Of a stretch of DNA of 64,000 bases, positions 49,096 to 58,806 are shown one piece after another. Source of the DNA: a virus (lineage: Duplodnaviria > Heunggongvirae > Uroviricota > Caudoviricetes); the IMG/VR virus record IMGVR_UViG_3300031555_004037; one strand, written 5' to 3'. Both the position numbers and the translations under genes were made by a program. Numbering within the stretch: the first letter of the stretch is position 1; the number at the start of each line of letters is the position of its first letter. The notes beneath the pieces were generated by a model that saw nothing but the letters and a program-made list of their open reading frames with translations, had not been told where the DNA came from and did no database searches.

Positions 49096-49551
49096 ATGGC
49101 AAAAGAAAAGAAAAAGAAAGAAAAAACAAGTGTAACTTTACCTAAAGCGTGGCAAAGTGTAAAACATAGAAATGAAATGGCACAAACAAGAAATAATTTT
49201 GAAGACACTTGGAAAGCTATTGGTACAATTATTGCTATTTTAGTAATTTTATTTGTTCTTTTGGGTGGAGTTAGTCAAAGAAAAATTATACATTTTGTTT
49301 TTTCTTGGTCAAAAAATGTAGGAGAATCTATTTCAAATTGGTTTGAGGGTGGTAGTATCATCACTAATGAAGATGGTATTTACTGGGACCCTACTGGTGA
49401 GAATGGAGAACCTATTGTTGATGCCCCAGAAGATAATGGAGAAACTTCAAATGGAGAAGAAACTTCTAATGAAGAAGAAAGTGTTAGTGATAACACAAAT
49501 GATGAACCTGTAGGTAATGAGAATCAGAATGATGAGGTACAAAATGAATGA
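49096..49551 (+). CDS. Membrane-anchored hypothetical protein
   Basis: Single TM helix, acidic tail. Confidence 0.65.
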   Translation: MAKEKKKKEKTSVTLPKAWQSVKHRNEMAQTRNNFEDTWKAIGTIIAILVILFVLLGGVSQRKIIHFVFSWSKNVGESISNWFEGGSIITNEDGIYWDPTGENGEPIVDAPEDNGETSNGEETSNEEESVSDNTNDEPVGNENQNDEVQNE

Positions 49552-51122
49552 TTAAAACAATGTTAATTCAATCTTTTATAGGATTGGCAATATTGATAGT
49601 CATTACTTTGGAAAATTTGATTTTATGTAAAAAGAAAACAATTCCTGTATTGTTATGTGACCAAATATTTGTAAGTCTTATTGTAATTAAATTCTTTGGT
49701 TGGATAACAATAGTTTATTCAGTATTATTATTAGCATTTCTATTATTTATTAAGTATCAAAATCATATTGATGAAGAAAGTGCTGATTTTGACTATTCTG
49801 GTAGAATATTTAGTATAAGTGCTGTATTTAATATGTTACAACGACCTAAAAAATTAGTTATGGGAAGAATATTACCTGTAAATCATAAAGAAATTAAACA
49901 TAATATGAAACTAATTGAATTAGATGATGTTATATTATCAGGTGCGACTTTGATAACTGGTTCTACGGGTTCTGGTAAATCAACTACTATGAAAACAATT
50001 CTAAAACAAAGAATTGATGAAAGAAAACCAGTAGTATTTTTTGATTATAAGGGAGAAGAAGACATATTAGATGACATTAAATCTTATGCACAAAATGCAG
50101 GTATAAGATATTATGAATTTAGTGCTAGAAAGTGTACTTTTACTTATGACCCATTTGTTAATTTAAATGAAACAGGTAAAGTTGAGGCTTTAATGAATAC
50201 TAGAAGATGGTCAACTGATGGTGCTGATGAACATTATAAAACATCTATGCAATTAGCAATACAAAATTTAGTTCGTGCTTATGATAATTATAGATTTGAA
50301 CAAAATGAAACCAAAAATTATATTGTTGGATTATATGAATATGCGAAATCATATCATCCACAATCAAATGAAAGAGATGGTTTTAATAATTTAATTAAAT
50401 CATTAGAAATTATTATATCTTCAAAGGCACAAGAATTATTTGGAGATGACCCAGATTTTACATTTGAAGAAGACTATCCATATGTAGTATGTTTTAGTTT
50501 TACAAGTGCAAATAAAGCATTAGCAAATTCATTAAGTTCTTTTGTATATACAGATTTAATGGATAGAGGTACAAGAAATCATTATCCAAATAAATTGTTA
50601 TTATGTGTAGATGAATTTGGTACATTGGAATCTTCTACTTTAATTAAAGATTTACTTGAAAAAGGTAGAAGTGGTGGAGTACAAACTGTATTTTCTATAT
50701 TAGATGTAAACCAAATCTCAATGAACGCAGGAGAACATTTTGTACAAGCAATTTTAGGTACTATAAATAATTATATAATTCACGCAGGGGCAACACAAAA
50801 AACTGCCGAATTATTAGCAGGTGTTCAAAAATTTGATAAATCATACGATATTATGAGTTTGAGAAAGCCTTATAAAGGAAGAAAACCTACTGCATTATTT
50901 ATTAGTAAATATTCTCTTATTTCTAAAAGGGGTAATCAAGAAGTATTTCGTATGATACCTTATACAAAGGTTCTTAAAATTAGAGAAAAGGAAAATTATC
51001 TAATAACAGATAAACAACCACCAAAATCTAATTATACAGAAGAAATTGTTGATAATTATGTAAAACCTATTGAAGAAATTGATTTATCAATGCCAATAGA
51101 TAATATTGACGATTATTTGTAA
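49548..51122 (+). CDS. VirD4/TraD-like type IV coupling ATPase
   Basis: N-terminal TMs; ITGSTGSGKS, FFDYKG, YDPF, VDEF and KGRS.G motifs. Confidence 0.8.
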   Translation: MIKTMLIQSFIGLAILIVITLENLILCKKKTIPVLLCDQIFVSLIVIKFFGWITIVYSVLLLAFLLFIKYQNHIDEESADFDYSGRIFSISAVFNMLQRPKKLVMGRILPVNHKEIKHNMKLIELDDVILSGATLITGSTGSGKSTTMKTILKQRIDERKPVVFFDYKGEEDILDDIKSYAQNAGIRYYEFSARKCTFTYDPFVNLNETGKVEALMNTRRWSTDGADEHYKTSMQLAIQNLVRAYDNYRFEQNETKNYIVGLYEYAKSYHPQSNERDGFNNLIKSLEIIISSKAQELFGDDPDFTFEEDYPYVVCFSFTSANKALANSLSSFVYTDLMDRGTRNHYPNKLLLCVDEFGTLESSTLIKDLLEKGRSGGVQTVFSILDVNQISMNAGEHFVQAILGTINNYIIHAGATQKTAELLAGVQKFDKSYDIMSLRKPYKGRKPTALFISKYSLISKRGNQEVFRMIPYTKVLKIREKENYLITDKQPPKSNYTEEIVDNYVKPIEEIDLSMPIDNIDDYL

Positions 51123-51166
51123 GTGTAACTACACTCTATTTAATTAAAAAAGGAGAGTAAAAAATT

Positions 51167-51493
51167 ATGATGTATATTCAAGGAAATTGGTATATAGGTA
51201 ATCGAAAAGTTACATTTGCTGATGTAGAATTTAGAGATGATGTTTACCCAAGAGCGTCTGAATTATTAACTCATTTAAGTAATTGGGATGACACTAATGA
51301 TTTAGGCATCTATATTGAAAATAGTTTTAATGAGAATGATGACGCAATTTGGAAAATTAAAGGTCCAATAACTAATATATTACTTTTTGTATATAATTGG
51401 TTATTGGACTATAAAGACTATACAATTACAGATATATTGAAAGATAAAGATTTCGATATAAACATTGATATTTATTTGAAAAATGTGAGGTAA
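51167..51493 (+). CDS. Hypothetical protein
   Basis: RBS AAGGAG. Confidence 0.6.
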   Translation: MMYIQGNWYIGNRKVTFADVEFRDDVYPRASELLTHLSNWDDTNDLGIYIENSFNENDDAIWKIKGPITNILLFVYNWLLDYKDYTITDILKDKDFDINIDIYLKNVR

Positions 51494-51498
51494 TTTAT

Positions 51499-52869
51499 AT
51501 GAAAGTAAAAAAGTATAATAAAAAACTACAAGAATTTGATAAGTCCAAAATCGAAGAATCTATTCGACTTGCTGCAAAAGAAGCAAATGAAGAAATTCCA
51601 GAATTTATGGTTAAAAGAATTGCACAATCTGTTGAAGACGATTTAGTATTAGCAGATGTGTCTATTGTTCAAGCAGACGATTTGGCTACAGCAGTTGAAA
51701 ATAAAATTATGTCGTCTTCTTATAAAAATACTGCTTGGCATTATATTACTTATCATTATGATAGACAAAAAGAACACGTTTATAATTCTGAATTGATTAA
51801 AGCATTTAAAAAGAAATTAAGTGGTAAGAATATTGAAAATTCTAATGCAAATTGTGACGAGCGTTCATTCTCTGGTAGAATGAAAGAGGCAGCAAATGTA
51901 TTGTTTAAAGATGAGGCTTTAAATATGATGAGTAAAACAGCAAGATTAAATCATATTAACAATATTTCTTATACTCACGATTTAGATAGTTACGCATCGG
52001 GTCAGCATAATTGCCTCTCGATTCCGTTTGACCCATTATTATTACACGGAATTATTACAAAACAAACAGATATTAGACAACCTAAATCAATTCAAACTGC
52101 TTGTCAGTTAATTGCTGTTATTATCCAAATTCAGTCATTACAACAATTTGGTGGTGTTGCAGCAACACATATTGATTGGACTTTAGTACCTTATGTACGA
52201 TATTCATTCTTTAAACATTTAAGAGATGGTCATAAATATCTTTGTAAAGACGTTTTTGTTATTCCAGATAATTGCTATGAATTATCTATTGACGATTATA
52301 AAGACGACCCTGCTTATGAATATGCGTTAGATTTAACTATTAGAGATGCTAAACAAGGGGCAGAGGGGCTTATTCACAACTTAAACTCATTACAATCAAG
52401 AAGTGGACAACAATTACCTTTTAGTTCAATTAACTTTGGTACTTGTACTTTAACAGAGGGTAGATTGATGATAAATGCAATTCTTGATGCTGAATTAGAT
52501 GGTACTGGTCCTTTACATAAAACACCGATTTTCCCTTGTAGTATTTTCCAATATCATAGGAATATAAATGGTAAACCAAGTACACCTAATTATGATTTAT
52601 TTAGAAAGGCATTATATTGTAGTTCAAAGAGATTATATCCTAACTATTGTAATTGTGGTTGGAGTGTAAATGTAAATGCAACAAATAAAGATATTGCACA
52701 TAAAAAAGCAGTATTATCTAAACTTTCTAAAGAAAATATGGCAAAATTGACCGAATGGGTTAATAAGAATAAAGAAATTGCTATTAACTATAGAATGAAA
52801 GTAGAAAATAATGAAGTAGTTATTGATGAAAATATTTTAATTCCTGTTGAAATTATGAGCACGATGGGT
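51499..52869 (+). CDS. nrdD: Anaerobic ribonucleotide reductase, exon 1
   Basis: ATP cone, ENSN.D, HDLD, HNC, QFGG, QLPF.SIN.G and PIFP motifs; ends ...STMG. Confidence 0.92.
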
Positions 52870-53806
52870 AAGTGTAAACTACAGCTCATCTAAAATCTTT
52901 TGAACCTTGCTAAAGGGTGTGACTATAATAATATAGTTGCTAACGGTTAAGTCCTTATATAGTTTGTAAGTCTATATATGTGAGTAGACCGTGCTAAATA
53001 TTTTAATAGTTAAATTATTAAAATAGAAGTGTATCGACTAGGTAATGATGAATTACACAAAATGTGTAAAGGAGTTTAAAAAATTATGAATAAATTATTA
53101 TTAGCTTGTTCGTTAGGTGACGGACATATAAGCAAAGATGGAACTTTTGAAATTTTACATCAATCAAATCAAGAAGAATATTTAAGATATAAAGCACAAT
53201 TATTTAATTGTGAAGATAGAGTATATAAAAAAAATAATAATGGATATGACGCATATATTTTTAAAAAGGGAGTTTACAATAATCACGATAATGGAAGAGA
53301 AATAAGAAAATTGTTATATGGAGTTATGAACCATAAATATTATTCAAAAACCATAGTTAATAATTTAGATAAGTTTTGTATAGCCATTTTATATTGTGAT
53401 GATGGTAGTTTAATCCCTAAAAAAAGAAATGGAATAATCCACGCATATAATTGTACTATTAGTTTATATTGTTCTTATGAAGAATGTGATAGATTAGTAA
53501 ATAAGATAAAAGAATTGTTTGATGTTCAATTTAAAATTTGTAAAGATAAAAATAAATATTTAATTAGATGTGGAACAAAAGAAGCTAGAAAATTTATTCC
53601 ACAAATTAGAGAATTAGTTCCAACTTTTAAATGCTTTGAAGATAATAAATTAAAAAAAGATTTTTAACTAATGTAGGGTGTGAGATAAGCACACATCCGA
53701 AGCGGAAGACTATGGAGAAATCCCCTTTTGTGCGAATTAAGGCTAAATGAATAAACATTTAGGTAGAAGATATAGTCAGTGCTAATGGTAACATTAGATA
53801 AAAACG
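52870..53806 (+). mobile_element. Group I intron in nrdD (937 nt)
   Basis: Exon ends in U with P1 pairing ATGGGT/GCTCAT (U-G at the splice site); P7 GACTA (53036)/TAGTC (53773) within AAGATATAGTC; terminal G at 53806; P10 CTACA/TGTAG; splicing restores MG|CRT in frame. Confidence 0.9.
53086..53667 (+). CDS. Intron-encoded LAGLIDADG homing endonuclease
   Basis: LACSLGDGHI and IAILYCDDGS double motifs; lies between the two P7 strands of the intron. Confidence 0.85.
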   Translation: MNKLLLACSLGDGHISKDGTFEILHQSNQEEYLRYKAQLFNCEDRVYKKNNNGYDAYIFKKGVYNNHDNGREIRKLLYGVMNHKYYSKTIVNNLDKFCIAILYCDDGSLIPKKRNGIIHAYNCTISLYCSYEECDRLVNKIKELFDVQFKICKDKNKYLIRCGTKEARKFIPQIRELVPTFKCFEDNKLKKDF

Positions 53807-54862
53807 TGTAGAACTTACAACGGGTATGATGCTAACTTTAATTTTAATAAAGTGGTTAAATATATTCTTCGTTATAATAAAGCACCAGAAAATTACTTAT
53901 ATACAGGTAATCAAAAAGATGGTAGAGGAAATATTGCACCAGCGACACTTATTCTTCCTACTATTGCAATGCAAACTCGTGGTGATTTAGGACATAAGAG
54001 TATTAGTGATTTTATGGCTAGATTAACTAAAAAGATTGAAGAATGTAGAGATAGTTTAATTGAAAGATTTACTTTAATTGCTAGTCAATCTCCTACATCT
54101 GCAACTTTTATGTACTATAATAATACTATGGTTGGATATGAACCTGAACAAGGTATTATATCGGCATTAAAACACGGAACACTTGCTATTGGTCAAATTG
54201 GTATAGCAGAGTGTTTACAAATTCTTATTGGTAAAGACCATACTACAGAAGAGGGAATGGAACTTGCTAAACAAATTGAAGAATTATTTAATACAAAGTG
54301 TGCTGAATATAAGGAAGAAACTTATAATATTTTAGGACAAGATATTCATTTAAATTTTGGAGTTTATTATACCCCAGCTGAATCATTATGCCACACAGCA
54401 TTAAATAAATTTAAGGAAAAATATGGAATTATTCCTAATGTATCAGATAAAGAGTTCTTTACTAATTCAATTCATATTCCTGTATGGTATGATATTACAC
54501 CATTTGAGAAAATTGACTTAGAAAGTCAATTAACAGGATATTCAAATGCAGGTTGTATTACTTATGTAGAATTAGACTCATCTGCTAGTCATAATATTGA
54601 CGCATTAGAAGAATTAGTAGTATATGCTATGGATAAAGATATTCCGTATTTAGGATTAAATTTACCTAATGATATTTGTCAAAAGTGTGGTTGGACAGGA
54701 GAAATCAATGATAATTGTCCTGCTTGTGGCTGTTCAGAAATCAAGAGATTAAGAAGAGTTACAGGATATATAACAGAAGATTATTTATCAGCCTTTAATA
54801 AGGGTAAGGTTGATGAGGTACAGCACCGTAAGAAACATTTAGGTATTGTATCAAAGATTTAA
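53807..54862 (+). CDS. nrdD: Anaerobic ribonucleotide reductase, exon 2
   Basis: Begins CRTYNG; GRGN, TPAESL, TNS.H, CxxC..CxxC and the glycyl-radical motif RRVTGY. Confidence 0.92.
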   Translation, partial: CRTYNGYDANFNFNKVVKYILRYNKAPENYLYTGNQKDGRGNIAPATLILPTIAMQTRGDLGHKSISDFMARLTKKIEECRDSLIERFTLIASQSPTSATFMYYNNTMVGYEPEQGIISALKHGTLAIGQIGIAECLQILIGKDHTTEEGMELAKQIEELFNTKCAEYKEETYNILGQDIHLNFGVYYTPAESLCHTALNKFKEKYGIIPNVSDKEFFTNSIHIPVWYDITPFEKIDLESQLTGYSNAGCITYVELDSSASHNIDALEELVVYAMDKDIPYLGLNLPNDICQKCGWTGEINDNCPACGCSEIKRLRRVTGYITEDYLSAFNKGKVDEVQHRKKHLGIVSKI

Positions 54863-54890
54863 AGGGAAAAATAAAGGTAGGTAGAAAGAA

Positions 54891-55688
54891 ATGGCGTTTG
54901 CACTTAAAGACAACTCTAAAGAGCAAGAACTTATTTGCATAATGGGTGGTGCTACAAATGAAGAAATTGCATTTCACGAACAATTTGATAAAGCCCATAT
55001 TTATGCAGATGGTAATTCATATTTTATAAATCCATATGATGAATATGATAGATTGCGATTATTAGAGCGATTGGGAGTTCCAAATTACAAATTCTTTCAC
55101 GAAACAACAGGAAACAAAAATTGGGTAATATACAATTCGGACCACTATCATACTGATAAGGATTGGGATAATCAAAGTATATTAAGATTTAATACAAGTC
55201 GATATGATGGTTGTCCGATTGAAACCCCAATAAATGCGTCCAGTTTAGTGGGATTATTTTCTTGGATGAAACTTCCAGACAATTTAAAATTTAGTAAGAG
55301 ATTTATTGTAAAAGATATAATAGACTTATCTTTATTATTTGTAGGTAGTAGAATACCAAGTAATTTAGATATTAGTCCTTGCTTATCTAATACAAATAAT
55401 CTAAAATATACTAGGTATATGTTTTATAAAACAAAAATTCCAAGTAATTTTCAATTACCAGAAGAGTTTAATACATCAAATGTAGAAAATATGGAGTATA
55501 TGTTTGGACAGACCACAATACCTAGTGGGTTTATAGTGAATGTTGATACTAGAAAGGCAACAGACTTAAATCATATGTTTTATAATACTAAATTTTTAGA
55601 TAGTAAACCGAAGTATGGGGAACATTTTGTGATTTCCCAAGATAAAAATACAAACTTTATGTTTGATAAGTTAAAGGAGAATAATTAG
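54891..55688 (+). CDS. BspA/DUF285-like repeat protein
   Basis: Repeats of NTSNV.NM.YMF type. Confidence 0.65.
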   Translation: MAFALKDNSKEQELICIMGGATNEEIAFHEQFDKAHIYADGNSYFINPYDEYDRLRLLERLGVPNYKFFHETTGNKNWVIYNSDHYHTDKDWDNQSILRFNTSRYDGCPIETPINASSLVGLFSWMKLPDNLKFSKRFIVKDIIDLSLLFVGSRIPSNLDISPCLSNTNNLKYTRYMFYKTKIPSNFQLPEEFNTSNVENMEYMFGQTTIPSGFIVNVDTRKATDLNHMFYNTKFLDSKPKYGEHFVISQDKNTNFMFDKLKENN

Positions 55689-55690
55689 AG

Positions 55691-55891
55691 ATGAAGATTA
55701 AATGGACAAACAAGTATAGCAATGAATCAGGATATGTAGAGTCTATTGATACTAAAGGTGGACATTTTGTAAATACCTATGATTATGAAAAAGCAAAAGT
55801 ATATAATACAAAGGGAAATGCAACAAAAGCCTTAAATAAACTTCAAGAAATTGGAGAATGTGTAAATAATACTTTTGAATTAGTAAACTAA
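55691..55891 (+). CDS. Small hypothetical protein
   Basis: RBS AAGGAG. Confidence 0.6.
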   Translation: MKIKWTNKYSNESGYVESIDTKGGHFVNTYDYEKAKVYNTKGNATKALNKLQEIGECVNNTFELVN

Positions 55892-55906
55892 TGAGAGAAT
55901 AGACTT

Positions 55907-56305
55907 ATGATTTATTATTTATCTGTGACAAACAAACAAATTTATATTGATAATACACCAATATTAAAGTTTTTAGGGTCATATGATATATCCTATGAAA
56001 TTCAAAATGGTATAAAGACTTATACTATTGTTAATGTGGTATTTTGTAATATTAGTGGTGTTTTGAATATACATATAGATAGGAATAATCAGATTAAACT
56101 ACTATTTACAGTATATAATGCCATTAATATATACAATTTACCTAACATTACTAATAATTTTGAAACAACTATAAACTTGATTAAGAATAATTTAGGTATG
56201 AAATATAGAAAAGTAAATGAATTAAATTTCCACAATAAGAATTATACTTTTACTATTACACATAATGAATTTAATTTATCAATACTAATATCAAATAGAT
56301 TTTAG
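55907..56305 (+). CDS. Hypothetical protein
   Basis: ORF packed in the operon. Confidence 0.5.
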   Translation: MIYYLSVTNKQIYIDNTPILKFLGSYDISYEIQNGIKTYTIVNVVFCNISGVLNIHIDRNNQIKLLFTVYNAINIYNLPNITNNFETTINLIKNNLGMKYRKVNELNFHNKNYTFTITHNEFNLSILISNRF

Positions 56306-56318
56306 GAGTGATATAAAA

Positions 56319-56582
56319 ATGGAATTATTGAAATATAATTTTATATGCGTAAATTGTGAAAAAGAATATTATACATATATAGAACGACATAAATATCAAG
56401 AATTTGCTATGAGAATGAAATCTACAAGAGAAATCTTTGAAAATTATGATAATGCTTATAGTCAATTATTTATATCGTGTCAATGTAGTGATTGTTTAAA
56501 TCTTAAACCTTTTTGTCAAAGTGTAAACTTTGAAGATGAATTTTTATATAATAGAATAGAAGATTTAGAACGAAATTTATAA
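56319..56582 (+). CDS. Small zinc-binding protein
   Basis: CVNC...CSDC; RBS. Confidence 0.6.
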   Translation: MELLKYNFICVNCEKEYYTYIERHKYQEFAMRMKSTREIFENYDNAYSQLFISCQCSDCLNLKPFCQSVNFEDEFLYNRIEDLERNL

Positions 56583-56614
56583 TAGCCTAGTTTATAAATC
56601 TAGGCTATTTTTTT
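56581..56614 (+). terminator. Intrinsic terminator
   Basis: AATAGCCTAG/CTAGGCTATT stem followed by a T-tract. Confidence 0.8.
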
Positions 56615-56634
56615 AATAGAAAGGAAATTATTAA

Positions 56635-57192
56635 ATGACAGCATTTTATTTTGATTTAATTAGTATTCTTTGTTTATTAAGTGTGTTCTTAAATTTAAAG
56701 CATAAAGACAAAGAACAAATGAAAAAGGTATGGATAAAAGGATGTATTCCTATTTATATATCGCTTATATTAAGTTTTTTATATAATATAGTACCATTTC
56801 CTTTTATAACAGACATAAAATTAACTGTATTATATGGATTATTTATGTGGATAATTATTCACGGACTAATAATAATCTCGCCCTATTTAATTATAAGAGT
56901 GTATAAAAATACAAATAAGTTTAATCCATTTTCAAATAAAATAAATATTATATGTTTAAGTTTATTTGGAATTAGTATTGTTTGGAAATTTTTAACTTTA
57001 ATTAGTTATGCAAGATATTTTGCAAAATGTATATATATGCTAGAAAACAATATACCTATTATAATGCAAAATATGATGAGTGATTTTGACCGTTTTATGA
57101 TTAATTCTAGTGAGTTTATATCCTTATTACTATTAGTCATTTATTTTATATATAGACAACAAATGAAAAAGATATTAGAAAAAGGAGAATAG
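56635..57192 (+). CDS. Multi-pass membrane protein
   Basis: About five hydrophobic helices. Confidence 0.6.
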   Translation: MTAFYFDLISILCLLSVFLNLKHKDKEQMKKVWIKGCIPIYISLILSFLYNIVPFPFITDIKLTVLYGLFMWIIIHGLIIISPYLIIRVYKNTNKFNPFSNKINIICLSLFGISIVWKFLTLISYARYFAKCIYMLENNIPIIMQNMMSDFDRFMINSSEFISLLLLVIYFIYRQQMKKILEKGE

Positions 57193-57193
57193 A

Positions 57194-57616
57194 ATGAAAT
57201 TTCAAGTATTTAGTAGAAATGAAGCAGAGAAATATTGTAAAGAAACACATAATGATAAATCAATTATGATTTCAATTAAAACTCCTTCGGATAAAACAAG
57301 ACCAAATGTAGATATTACATTTAAAAATAATATAATGGCTATATTAAAATTAGCATTTGATGATGTAGAAGAACAATATGGGGATGAAATGCCTATATCA
57401 GAATTACAAGCAAAACAAATTGTTGAATTTGTAGATGATTATAAAAATTCTATTGATTTAATAATCGTACATTGTGACGCAGGTATTTCAAGAAGTGCTG
57501 GAATTTGTGCTGCATTGTCAAAATGGCTTACAAATGATGATAAAATATTTTTTAGTGGATATGTTCCAAATATGAAATGTTATCACACAGTATTAAATAT
57601 AGCAATGTTAAAATAA
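57194..57616 (+). CDS. Protein-tyrosine/dual-specificity phosphatase-like protein
   Basis: HCDAGISRSA (CX5R) active-site loop; upstream FDD general acid. Confidence 0.85.
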   Translation: MKFQVFSRNEAEKYCKETHNDKSIMISIKTPSDKTRPNVDITFKNNIMAILKLAFDDVEEQYGDEMPISELQAKQIVEFVDDYKNSIDLIIVHCDAGISRSAGICAALSKWLTNDDKIFFSGYVPNMKCYHTVLNIAMLK

Positions 57617-57631
57617 AAGGAGGAATTATTT

Positions 57632-58075
57632 ATGGTTGAGTACAGACAAGAATTAGGTTTAGGAAATAAACTTAAATCTTATTTAGGTGTGGATGAGTAT
57701 AATGAACATCAAAAAAAATTGGTACGAAATGTTAAATATTGCTCGGAAAGTCAATGGCAATGGGTAAATTCTTATTATGACGGAGATGCAGAAGCTGCAT
57801 ATAGTTTCTTTGACAATCCACAAGATGTATTCGACATTATTTATGACGAATCTGGTAGTGATATATTTGGACCAGGTTATCAACATTGGGGTTCTGATGC
57901 AAAAGCATATTTAAAGAACACAAAATTTGCAGGTAAAGAATTTAAAGATAAAGTAGTATTTTATTATACAGCCAAATTATATGAAGAAGCAGTTGATGAG
58001 ATTGAATATGATAAAGATAAACAAGTCAAAATCTTAAATATGTTGGCTAGTATTAAGAATGAATTAAATATTTAA
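57632..58075 (+). CDS. Hypothetical protein
   Basis: RBS AAGGAGG. Confidence 0.65.
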   Translation: MVEYRQELGLGNKLKSYLGVDEYNEHQKKLVRNVKYCSESQWQWVNSYYDGDAEAAYSFFDNPQDVFDIIYDESGSDIFGPGYQHWGSDAKAYLKNTKFAGKEFKDKVVFYYTAKLYEEAVDEIEYDKDKQVKILNMLASIKNELNI

Positions 58076-58114
58076 AGATATATTTAATTATAAGAGAATT
58101 TGGAGGAAAATTAT

Positions 58115-58585
58115 ATGAATTATATGTCAATATACAAAACAAGTATTGCTGATGGAATAGGTTGGCGTACTGTATTATTTGTGAGTGGTTGTAGCCACCA
58201 TTGTAAAGGATGTCACAATAAAGAGAGTTGGAATCCTAATAATGGAACACCTTTTACAGAAAAAACAAAAGAATATTTATTTAGTTGTATAACTGATAAT
58301 ATTGATGGATTAACTATTTCTGGAGGCGACCCATTATATAAAAAGAACATTAAAGAAGTAACAGCATTATGTAAAGAATTTAAAGAGAGATTTCCAAATA
58401 AGACAATTTGGTTATATACAGGAAATCTTTATAGAGATTCAAAGGATTTAGAAGTAATGAAATATGTAGATGTTGTAGTAGATGGAGAATTTAGAGAAGA
58501 TTTAAAAGATACTACATTAGCATTTAAAGGCTCTCTTAATCAGCGTATCATTGACACAAAAACAGGAACTTTATTAGATTATTAA
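58115..58585 (+). CDS. nrdG: Anaerobic RNR activating radical-SAM protein
   Basis: DG.G.R..LFVSGCSHHCKGCHN, SGGDPL, WLYTG and GS.NQR motifs. Confidence 0.93.
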   Translation: MNYMSIYKTSIADGIGWRTVLFVSGCSHHCKGCHNKESWNPNNGTPFTEKTKEYLFSCITDNIDGLTISGGDPLYKKNIKEVTALCKEFKERFPNKTIWLYTGNLYRDSKDLEVMKYVDVVVDGEFREDLKDTTLAFKGSLNQRIIDTKTGTLLDY

Positions 58586-58602
58586 AGAGAAAGGAAATTA
58601 TT

Positions 58603-58797
58603 ATGGTACTTGGTAAATTCTTTTGTAATTGTGTCTTTGACGAATGGGATTTTAATGAGGCTCAATTAAAAGAAATTAAATTAGGTTTATTAGCAGGTAT
58701 TGAGGTAAATTATGCTTTACCCACAATAGACGCTAATAAAATGAAAGAAATGCGTGAAAGTAAATTACATAAACACAAAATAAAACTATCGGTATAA
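58603..58797 (+). CDS. Small protein with an F...QL.EI.LG helical repeat unit
   Basis: Paralogous to 60511. Confidence 0.55.
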   Translation: MVLGKFFCNCVFDEWDFNEAQLKEIKLGLLAGIEVNYALPTIDANKMKEMRESKLHKHKIKLSV

Positions 58798-58806
58798 AAA
58801 GGAGAG

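Noticed and set aside
52870..52893. nrdD as a truncated pseudogene or two separate genes (51499-52893 and 53852-54862)
   Set aside because: Explained by a group I intron whose removal restores one reading frame
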